The translations under genes were made by a program, and so were the position numbers. From contig JBHGNT010000318.1 in NCBI GenBank assembly GCA_043228905.1, positions 1-35,280 of the forward strand: a DNA stretch of 35,280 nucleotides, read 5' to 3'. The notes below the pieces were generated by a model. The model ran no database searches, had not been told where the DNA came from, and saw nothing but the letters and a program-made list of their open reading frames with translations. Shown piece after piece: positions 10,171 through 20,520 of the stretch (the stretch's first letter is position 1; the number at the start of each line of letters is the position of its first letter). The DNA comes from Azolla caroliniana (taxonomy: Eukaryota; Plantae; Polypodiophyta).

Positions 10171-12037
10171 TATATCTGAGAGAACATGGTTAATATATAT
10201 GTTAGAATGGGTTATTTCAATAGTTTTGCAAAAGGTTTCATTTTTCCACATCCACATACACGCATACATACATACATGTCACAGAACATGGTTTGGGCAT
10301 TCCGTGAAACGAATCATTTCAAATTCTGCATAGGATGTGATGTTTTTCAAAGGGTTCGATAAATTTTTCCCATAATTCTAATGATTTTTTTTAGATGAAC
10401 CGGTTTCCTCCTGAAGTTGATCAGGAGTAGTTGTTTCTCTGATGATTTGGTTAACATGATGGTTTTCTTCTTGTGTTTTTCTTACGGAAATCCTCGAACT
10501 AGGGTTTTCTTCTCTTATCTATTTCTATGATGATTTCAAAAGATAAGTTACAACTAGGTTTTTTTCTGAACATTAAACTCGAATTGCAGTGGCAGCCAAA
10601 CTTGCCAAGAAAGTGAAGAAGCAACGTCTTCCTGTAAGTTAAAAAACATGTTATTCTTTGCTTTCATTTTCACTCTCAATTAATATTTTCTTTTGTTTTC
10701 CTTTATATCCCAATAAATATGTTTTTCTTTTCTATCTTTTTTTGCGTGCAATGCAATTTTGCAGATAAAGAGATCATTTTGGAAGTCAATCAGAGGTCAG
10801 GCAGCAAAAGCTGCCACTCGTAAATCGATGCTTAATCGATCATCTTTGCTCCGCCAGGTAGAAAGTCCTTTTCACTATTTTTATCATCTAATGTTGTGTG
10901 GATGTAGTGGGAATTAACCTACATTTTTACACCCTAATGTGGTATGAAGGTGGTGAATAATTAACCTATCTCTTTACTTTCTACTAATGTGGCAAGGAAA
11001 TGATGGGATAACCTTCCTCTTTCTCACCTGATGTGGTATGGAAATGCTGGGAGTTAACCTTCTTTAATAACTAATGTTGTACAGAAGTTGTGTAATTACC
11101 TTTTTTTTTACTACCTGATGTTTAATGGAAATGCTGGTAGTTAACCTTTCTTCGAGTTTAATTAAGATTATACTGGAAGTGTGCATCTTCAACAGGGGCA
11201 CATTTCATCTGTTTTTGAGTCGAAGAAACATTATTATATGGGTTTGATGGCTAAATGCTTCACATAATATACGTTCTTACAAGCTTCTTTTAAGGTTATA
11301 TTTTAGGTTTGCATCAACAAGTGATAAAAGAGTTAGCTAGCCCAATGAGGTTGGAGACATGAAGGAAAACTTGAAGCTTTGTTTTTTCTGATTGGAGATT
11401 TCATCTCTTGTTTGCAGGGTAAATTTGCTGAAGCTAGGTCACGTAATACTGATGGAGAGCTGTCTAATGAAACCAGGTAAAGCTTATTCAAGCACCTTGC
11501 TCAAATGTGAACTACAGACTTTCTATGTCTTGGTTTCCCAAAATTGTAAGAAGTTAATCTTTCATTTTGCCCCAGGGATTAAAGAAACTATTAAATCTTT
11601 CCTACTTGGATAGAAAGAATTTCAAGTGGGAAAAGCTAAAAGACATTTCTATCAAGATATATGAAATACAGTGTACATTTTTATCTAACTAATAGCTAAT
11701 CTCTTGCTAGGCATATGGGGATTATCCCCTTCGTAGCATCCTTGTACTTATTTATCTAACAAATAGATAATGTTCAATTGCCATATGGGGATTAGCCCGT
11801 TTTCGTAGTTTGTTACATGATTTTTAGGAATGTCTGTTTGACGATCAACAATACAATGAAGGAATACTAACATGGATTTCATGCAATAAGTTAATTTTAA
11901 CATAGCTTGTGAATGTGTATTGTGATCTGCATTCATGTCTCTGCAGGTTATTTTGTAGAAGTACATTCCACTTATTTCCTCTGCATAGGACTGATGTGAA
12001 ACTTAGTGCACTTGGCGTTGCTTTTTCTGAATGTTAA
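9952..12037 (+). CDS. Divergent UIEF-like paralog lacking the canonical UAP56-binding motif (about 107-121 aa; 3' end uncertain)
   Basis: GT-AG exons 9952-10030, 10590-10633, 10765-10857 and 11418-11476, then 11989 (or 11947)-12037. Product: MAPATTFSPPETLHFNVGSTESTAAA|VAAKLAKKVKKQRLP|IKRSFWKSIRGQAAKAATRKSMLNRSSLLRQ|GKFAEARSRNTDGELSNET|R... Intron phases 1,0,0,2 and the SS..RQ|GKF.E.RSRN junction are shared with the minus-strand gene. Confidence 0.7.
10888..11150 (+). repeat. Degenerate intronic minisatellite, about 6 copies of about 45 bp
   Basis: Recurring unit ct(a/g)atgt(g/t)gtatggaaatgctgggaattaacct followed by a pyrimidine tract. Confidence 0.8.
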
Positions 12038-14686
12038 ATGTATGAATCTTCATTTATTCTATGCCATCAATGAATTGAATTAGGATGCCATAGCTGAAGC
12101 CAATGATATGCAAGGTATGATGTGGACCTATTATATCGATTCAGAGGCTGATTTTTAGTTATATTTTCCTGTTTAAAAAAGGTAGGAGTGTGCAATTGGT
12201 AGAGAAGCCAATGGGACAAGACCCAGTTTAATATTTATATGGTTATTTCATTAACAATTCACAAGCCTGCCAGATAAATCAATCACATTGATTAATCTGC
12301 AATGGTATTAATCATGCTAATGCAAACACATTAAACCAAAGTGTTAAAATTATTGGCTGTTGCGTATTTGTTTGAACAAGGTTGTAGTTTCATATTTTGG
12401 CACTTCGAAGGGTTTTTTCACATATCCCACATAGACTCTCAATTTGTAGCCGTTGCCCATTTTGATACTACAGAAACACATATGTTCTTAATTGTCTCAG
12501 ACATGGTGTGGTCACATGTACTTATGATTGTGATGTAAACATTGACTTTATGCTTATGTTTTGTATTCTCAATAATAGCGAGATCATTATTGAGGAAATT
12601 TGTAACTTATTGATAATCAATTATGTATCATATCAATTTGTTTATGGAAATAGCTCATTTTTATGGTGTGCACTCGTCACCTGTTTCAGCTCTATAACTG
12701 ATAAGTCACTAGTCAAATTCATATTGAAGAAAGAACAATTGTGTGGACACATCCATTTGTGATCAACCATCTTAAATTTAGTTTGGTGAGAAATTGAAAC
12801 GCAACAAGTGACTCCAGCAGTCCAATTCCTCTATTTTAAGGATCAAGAGATTATTTATTGCATTGGACCAGCACATCTTGAGCATCCTTATAAGACATAT
12901 GCTTATGTATAGAGATGTATTTACTTATATTTTTTTATGGAGGCTCAGTATTATGTGATTAGAGATTGGGGAGATTTTCTTTTCCTTGTTCCTGTTATTG
13001 TTCTTCTTCAGCTTAGGGTTTTTGGTTGAAGGATTTAGCTTGTAACGGAAATTGGTTTTTGGAGCTCATTGTCCAGTGAAATGATTTCATGGGCATACAT
13101 GCCCATCACAATATGATCCCACTGAAATTCATTTTTTCGACTGACCAACCCTATCCCTAACTCCCTTGTAATTGGGGGTATAACCACATACTCCTTGCTT
13201 CTTTTGTTTTTAACTTTTCCTGTTTTCCAATTTTATCTCAATCTATAATATCGTTCAGATCTTGAAAGGTTCTAGCTAATTCTGTATTGAGTATGAGGAA
13301 ACATCTTCAATGCATCCTTAAGAGATTTATATCAGTGAGAAACATTATAAACACATTACAGCTTTTTGACTTTCAGTCTATACACATTGATACAATAGTG
13401 TTTAGCTATGAATGAATATATTGTAAGGGGGGCAATAAAGGTGTTACGAGTTGTACGCAATTAAGACTTATTGCTACGATAATTATGGATTTATGTTTTT
13501 GTGCTTTTAGAATCTAGTTTATAATATTAGCAATGCAATATTTTTTTTAACTCATTTTTGTGTGGGTCATATGGAGAAAACAACCTACGAAAATATGATA
13601 AAACGATATGTTTTCAAGGCATCACTAAAGCACCTAAAACAATTAACCATTCAGGGTGTAGAAGAACATGGAAACGCTCAAAATAGGCTAATGAAATCTA
13701 GCACATGGAGCAAATATCCATTTTATTTTCTTCATTGTAAGCCTCTCCATTTTATTTTCTCATAGGTTTCTAGGTTAATGTGAAGACATCGGCAGTTTCA
13801 AAAGCATGAAATTATGCACTATTTTGAAATTTTACATTTAGATAACATCATACTCTGTACCTTTACAAAGGTAAAGCTTTCAAGCTTACTCCCAAATGCA
13901 ACAGTTGAAGTCTTTAAATTTGCCCTCGTAAGTTGTCTGTTTATTTTCCCTCCATACCATACAAAAATATCATATTGTGCACAGAAATCATTATTCAAGC
14001 ATACAAAACTCTAGTTTTGTGCACTTTTAGTCATTATTTCAATATTTGTGAAATCCTCACCTTTCAAATTTCTACCATTTAACTCCTGTTTTCCAACCGA
14101 TCTTCTTTTCTTCTGCCATTCTTTCGTACATGCATTAAAGAAAATATGTCATTAAACATAAGCTTTGAATTATTTGCCTCTATTTTGAAGTGTTCTCTCC
14201 GTAGCTCGACGTGGATTTTCTTATGAAGGATCCTAAAAGAGTCCAAAAAACTCTCCTAAAGAGCGAAGCGGGAAAAGAGTCTAGTTGAAGAAATGATATG
14301 AGAGGGAGAGAAAGAGAATAAATAAATAATTTTCAAGATTTCGAATAAGTAATGGAAGACATTTTGAAAGTCATGTCAAAACATTTGACACTAGGGGATG
14401 AATTGTACAATTTTGGATCTTGGTATAAAACAAAAGTTTTAAATTAATTACAAATTGTCTGCCAGTCAAAACTATAAGGAGTAGACACAAATTCACAATC
14501 ACTCTAGCTTGTGAACCTTGTAGAGTAACTTTATAAGTGGGCTTTTTACCCTAAGATTGATGATAAAGAGTGAGACTACATTTAGCTCATAAAGACATCT
14601 ATGGCCCCAAAAATGTATTTGGTGCATTCGCCTTAATAATGTTTACAACCTGCCGAGCTTTGATAGAAGTCAAATAGACTATATTG

Positions 14687-17600
14687 TCAAAACCTAATAA
14701 GGTCAGAAACAAGTTCATTGAAGAGGATGCGGAGTAGTGTCCGCTCAAGTGTGAACACAATGTGGTCGATTTCCGGTTGGAGTTCATTCCAACGAGATAA
14801 GTTGGTTGCAACAAGCCAATCAATGTCATCGACATGGGGCCGTAGTTGTGTACCACGAGATGAATTGTCATGAAGGTTGTGGGGGTGGCGACTCCACCTT
14901 AGGATCCGATCATGGAGTCGACAAGCCAAAGTGCTACAAGGGCCCCGAAACCGACACACGCCAGTGCCGCAATGCCACCATCGGCTTGGTCCTTCTTCCT
15001 CTTCATGCATCGCGTCTCTCACACAATCGAACACCAACCTACGATAGTCCCGAGTGGGGGGCCCACCGGGCCCCGTCCACATGGCAGGTCCAGGTGGGCC
15101 CACTCTAGCTTCTTCTTCTAGTTTCTCGAACAAGACCGAATTGCTTCCGTTGCCCATGCCGCTCTCCTGCCACATGGCGCCCAGCACGGCGGCCACGTAA
15201 TCGCGCTCGCTGCAAATGCGCCACGTGGCATGCGAGTCTGGGGACACGTCATCTCCGAAGGGCGGGCCCAGGACGGAGACCGGGCTGTGTAGTTGGAGGC
15301 CCAGGGAATCGGACGTCCCATCGCTTTCGTGGTCCTAAAAGAGATTTAATTTCGTAAATCAGTTCAAGAAAGAGCACCCCAAAAAATGCAAAATAAAAAA
15401 CAATAAAAGAGATTTAATTCCGTAAATCTGGAAAAAGAAAACGATTTATTTTCCCGGTTTTTCTCACCAATCTGGTTATGACATCGAAATAAATAAAAAC
15501 AAATGAATGGGATAGAAATTGCTTTAGTGCGTGCGGGTGACACATGAGAGTGTGTTCGGTTCTTCCCACGTGCGAGCACAAAAAACACAGATTCTATTCG
15601 GCATTAAAAAAAACCAAGGTCGTGGTTAGTGTGTAACTTTACCCCTGGGGCGGATTCGGATGTTTTGTGATCGTTAATTTTACATGCTTGGTTAGGATCA
15701 TTAGATTGATCCGCTTTCCTCTCGTTCCATAGTTTTAAGTCTAGGGAGGGTCGTCTAGACTCTAGACTTTAAAGTAAGGGGACATTCTAACCGAATATGC
15801 GTATGCACCACCACCAAATCTAACTTTTGTTTTCTTTCCTTCCTTTTTTTTTTTAAACCGACAAAAGAGCACCAAGATCCTCGCTGACAGCAACAGTGTA
15901 GTATGTGTACGGTATGATTATGAGAGGGGGGGGGGCGAGGGTATTACGGTAATTTTTGGAAAGCTGTGGGGGGGGGGGGGGGGGGCACTCTCGTGAGAAA
16001 AAAAACAAAGGTTCTATTTGGTTTTTCTTTTTCTTTTTTTTTATTTGTACTAACCTTGGTGGTGGTGGTGGAACCGGCTGCTGGTCGCTGGCCTCCGGCA
16101 TAGCTCTTCCCGGCCATTGGGGAGGACACTGCGGAGACAATGTCCCGCAATATGGCCGCCGCAGTGGTCTTCTTCACACGCCCCCCACCCGCCTTATGCC
16201 CGCACACCTTCTCCCTTCCCATCATTATTATTCCACGATTACCACCATCTTCAGATCCCCATCCTTCTTCTGCATTCACACCTATTTTCTTCCTTTTTAC
16301 AGTCCCACCGGATGATGCCGCCCCAGCCCATACTGGAGAATTCGTCACTACCATTGGCCGTGCTAACCCGCCTGAGGTGCAGGGAACCACAGCAGCTGAC
16401 ATAATAGCGGTAGAGCTGGAGGAAGAATACAGCCCAGAATGACTGTAATTGTTATGTTGCTGCTGCCACCGACAATTACTGCTACTGCTAGTACTACTGA
16501 CGGATGAAGAGGAGCTCGATCGAACATTGCAGCTTACTCCGGTTGAATTGGAGTAAGAGATCTTTGATGAGGCCTCGGGGTAGCTACTGGTTGAGCTAGA
16601 TGAGTACTCGCAGTGCTTATATCGATCATAATCATCATCATCTCCATCATTATCGTATGATACCTGAGGCTGATCCCCTCCATGCGTATATGGGAAGAAC
16701 TGATTAACGATCGGCGGTGGTACATATCCATAATCAGTGATTGATTTGCAGGACAGATTCGAGCCATATATGGACGACGAAGACGAGAAATTATTGTTAT
16801 AGCGATCATTATAAGGCTCATCATAACATCGCTTCCCTTTGATCACATTATAATTGACATCTGAATATTTCGCATCCACTTTCATCCTCCGCTGTTGCTT
16901 CTGCTTCTTCTTTTTCTTCTTTTTCTTCTTCTTCTTATTGGTATTGTAATAACTTCTGTTATAATAATCCCCAATTTCATCGTCTGATGAATCAGACTCT
17001 AGTAATCCAATATTGTTTATTATAATTATATTCCTCTGCAATTCCATTTTTACTTTATCCTTACCATTATAATATGTTGGTTGAGTTTCCACGCTCTTCT
17101 TCTTGGTCTTTTTGATATTCTTATAATTATGTGATCTCATCGAACCAGTGGCAGCCCTGAACATGCTTAGCTTTGCATCCAATTTTATCCTTCTTCTCTC
17201 TTTAATCATTGATGGCCATCCATTATCACTGTAATCACGATGCTTCTGATTATACTTATATTGCCCATCCATCATGATATCATTCTGAGGAGAATCATCT
17301 TCATCCTCCTCCTCCGCCTGATCGTTATAATCTTCATCATTACTCCTTAAATCGATGTTATTATTAACGCAAGCCACATGGTGCATGTGTTGATCGTTAA
17401 TTGTAACATCTCTGCAGGTCCTCCTATGGAGGAATGCTTCGGTAGTTTCAGTCAAGTCGTGGCACGCAACACTTTGCTCGAGCTTATTATTATAATAATT
17501 AGGGTTTATAGCAGATCTTGAGATCATATGATTAAAAGTATACTTCCGTGGCCGAGAGCTAGAATCTTCTTCCTTACCATTACGATAATTGAATGGCCGG

Positions 17601-18951
17601 ACATTAATTATATGATCCCTTGCCGATTGTTTATCATCACCAAAATTCGTTGAATGATTACAAGCTCCCTGCATAGTTGATCTCTTCTTATGAACACGCT
17701 TAAATATCTTCAAATCCGCTGTTTCTTCTACTTCTTCTCTTATGGGATTATAACTTGATCTGGATGTGATGTAGCCATGGCCAAGATTATTGCACTGATT
17801 ATTATGATGACGATGATGAAAAGCTCTCGCATGAATGGGAGGAATGTATTTCTTGTCATTTGATTTTTTATTGGGCAGAGAATGCAAACCCATTAATCTG
17901 CCCACTAATCCTGGTTCATTAATACAGCTACCATTTGATGAGTCGATCATATTCTTTATATCCTCACGATCTACTGGATCGCTACTAAATTCGAAGTTTC
18001 CTTCTTCTTGATTATTATGCTGTTTACAGTTGAGCACCTTGCTTTCATTTTCCGTTGTAGTCTGCAACGAAAAGTTACAATAAATCATGGTAAGTAACAG
18101 AACATCGATAGATCATTAAGCGTGGGGGTCACTGTTAAGTATGCGATTACAGTGTAATGCAATTTTTGTAATTAGACGAATAAATGCAGCGGCTGAGGTT
18201 TACAACAAGATGTACTAAAATAAGTCCTGAGTATATTACAAGATTCAGACTTGTTGGCGCCATTTCTGCTTCTTCTGCTGCTCCAATCATTTCAATATCC
18301 TTTTGCTGGTCAGCATCATTTCTCTGAGCTGTGATAGAAAACAATTAAAACACATAAGAACTACAAAAAACGCGGGCCGAATGAATGCATAAGAGTGCAT
18401 CTTTACATGATCTGACTTGTTCTGAATAGAGTAATTTAACCATTTGTAAATAAATGTATACCTGAATGAGGAGAAGGAGGGGGTGGAGGAGGAGGAGGAG
18501 GAAGATTAATGGGGCAATGGCTGTTAGATCTAGGGCTAGCGTTAGGGCTAGAGTTAGGGCTTGGGTTAGGGCTAGGATGAGGATTAAGATGAAGATGAGG
18601 AGCAGGAGTAGGATTAGGATTAGGATTAGGATTAGGATAAGGATTTGGGTTAGGGTTTGCGTTAGAGTTAACATCAGAGCTAGGGTTGCTGAGGTTGGAG
18701 TTAGGATTACAGCTGGGATTAGCGGTAGGCCTATAATTATGATGATGGTGGTGCTTGTGGGAGGAAGTAAAGAAACGTTTGGAGTGAGAGAGCTTCCTGT
18801 TGAAGTGAAAGAGTTGGAAGAAGACATGGCCAACAGAACCACCGATTCTGGAAGCTGCTGGAATGATGGTATAGCTCAATTGCTTGTGATCATCATCATG
18901 GTGACCACCACCATTCAGATGATGACTATTATTACAGAGCATTTTGTTCAT
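14687..18951 (-). CDS. TON1-recruiting-motif (TRM)/LONGIFOLIA-like protein (VARLMGL motif plus DUF4378), about 1077 aa
   Basis: Exons 18951-18462, 18328-18240 (donor less certain), 18061-16055 and 15334-14687 splice in frame. Motifs in TRM order: GSVGHVFFQLFHFNRKL..KRFF, PGLVGRLMGLHSLP, HSPVSVLG, DYVAAVL, RRLVFDCVRDAM, and terminal EIDHIVFTLERTLLRILFNELVSDL. Confidence 0.88.
18480..18720 (-). repeat. Coding hexamer/trimer repeat: (AATCCT/AACCCT)n encoding Asn-Pro repeats, plus (CCT)n poly-Pro
   Basis: ggattaggattaggattagg... on the + strand. It translates as NANPNPNPYPNPNPNPNP...PPPPPPPP in TRM exon 1. Confidence 0.9.
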
Positions 18952-19308
18952 AGCAGAAGAAGAAAGTAGTAATATTATTGAATCAGTACATACTGAAAGA
19001 ATTCAATTCTCTAATTATATTCATTCTGGTGAGAGAATGAGTGAGAGTGAGAGTGAGAGTTTCAAAGAAACCAATAGAAAATCTCTTTTTAGAGTGTTGG
19101 AAATGTTTAATATGAAGAGGGGGGGGGGGGAGTGTTGATAAGGAATAAGTTGTGAAAATTAAGCCATTCCAATGGTTGGTTTCACACACGCAGCTACAAT
19201 GACTAAAGTCGAGGGAAATGTCCCGTAGCTCCATCACCTCTAAGCCTCGGATTGCCGAAGACCCCATTCACATGGACTTAAGTGGTAGACAAAACAATGT
19301 CTAAATGC

Positions 19309-19327
19309 CTTATATATATCCACGTGG
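19309..19327 (-). promoter_or_regulatory. Candidate TATA box with an abutting G-box (CCACGTGG) upstream of the TRM gene
   Basis: On the minus strand CCACGTGG is followed by ATATATATAAG, about 360 bp upstream of the ATG at 18951. A (CTCTCA)n pyrimidine tract lies in the putative 5'UTR at about 19038-19059. Confidence 0.45.
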
Positions 19328-20299
19328 CAATGTGTTCTTTTGCCGAAATTATGTTGATCGAGGAGCGGTCCTGAAGTGTAACATTGCATGAGACACATTC
19401 ATGTGAGGTGGCAAAAGAAGCTACTTCTATTCTATATCGAATCCGTAGATGCTTTCCTCGCGGTACGTTTTGTGAAGGCTGATAATTTATATGGTTTCTT
19501 GTGTCACAATGCTTGCATTGGCCGATTCACATGTCTTTTTTTATATGCAAAAGGAAGACACCACATTGTCGAAAAAGGCCAATTACATGCTTTAGAACAC
19601 CTTTGTAGGGTTGACATATGCAGACGAGAAGAAGATTTGTTTATACACATGTGGTAGGCATTACTTACATTGGAGATGTATGTTTTCATGTGTTTGGAAA
19701 ACCATACTACCTAACCATTAGAATAAACCTTATGCCAAAGGGATGCTACTTCTTGTTCCCATTGGTATTGATATAAAAATAGAAGAGTGTGCAGATGTAT
19801 AATCTCTCCTTGTTTATTGTATGAATCACAAAGACCGTGAGATATATGGGTACTATTGCAGGTGATTGTGAAACGAAGGTCTTGTACAACTTGAAAATAG
19901 CTTTGCAAGTGATTTGTGAATGTATGCGTTGGGGCAGTGTACAAGAAGCCTACCAATTAGATAATCATCGTGGTTTTAAAATATGGTGCCAATATAGGCA
20001 TGTCCAAGGTATTTGATGGATAATAATATTATTTGTCTCATAATACTCTTTCATTAAGGACGAACATAAGTGTATATGTGCTTATCAAGTGATTTCATAA
20101 CCTGTATGTTATGTCATCAATGGAGCAGGCGAGATGATACAAAATCAAAACATGGTTTTAACCACAATTACATACCATGCCAAATACTTTTGGTATTGGA
20201 GTTTAGTTGTAGGAATGATTTCATACAAATCTTGAAGAAAAACATGAGGTATGTGTGGACTTGATTTCATTCTCTAGTTTGTGACATCGTCTCACATGT

Positions 20300-20520
20300 A
20301 ACTATTCATCTCGCTCAATAGAGAGACACAATAAACCCTAAGGGCTCAATTGAGCTTTTCACAATGCTTCATTTGGAAAAGGTTGACTCCGACATCCATA
20401 TCTTAAGCTTCTTTAAGGTAGTTGAATTAGCTTACATGACAACTTTGAAATTTACAACATTTGCATATGTAGAAAGGCCCACAAAGTTGCTCAAATATTC
20501 TTGATAGGCTTTTAAGATAT
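20300..20520 (-). mobile_element. Possible decayed hAT transposase dimerisation-domain remnant
   Basis: Minus-strand translation ...WMSESTFSK*SIVKSS resembles the hAT (C)ER.FS..N.IK..R motif. Many stops; weak evidence. Confidence 0.3.

Noticed and set aside
9791-10333. ORFs 9791-10333 (+), 9946-10269 (-) and most of 9871-10170 (+)
   Set aside because: Open only because of the stop-free (TATG)n microsatellite. Only 9952-10030 is a plausible exon.
10888-11150. CRISPR-like array or snoRNA cluster
   Set aside because: Eukaryotic intron; units are degenerate throughout with no unique spacers and no consistent C/D box pairs.
14806-16442. Several antisense or alternate-frame ORFs over the TRM 3' region
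   Set aside because: Shadow ORFs expected in GC-rich coding sequence; no recognisable motifs.
18345-18969. Overlapping ORFs with RIRIRI (+) and LILILI (-) repeats; telomere-like TTAGGG hexamers
   Set aside because: Alternative frames of the Asn-Pro coding hexamer repeat in TRM exon 1. Not the plant TTTAGGG array and no independent coding evidence.
19388-19956. Possible SWIM/transposase remnant
   Set aside because: Cys/His spacing is not convincing in any single frame.
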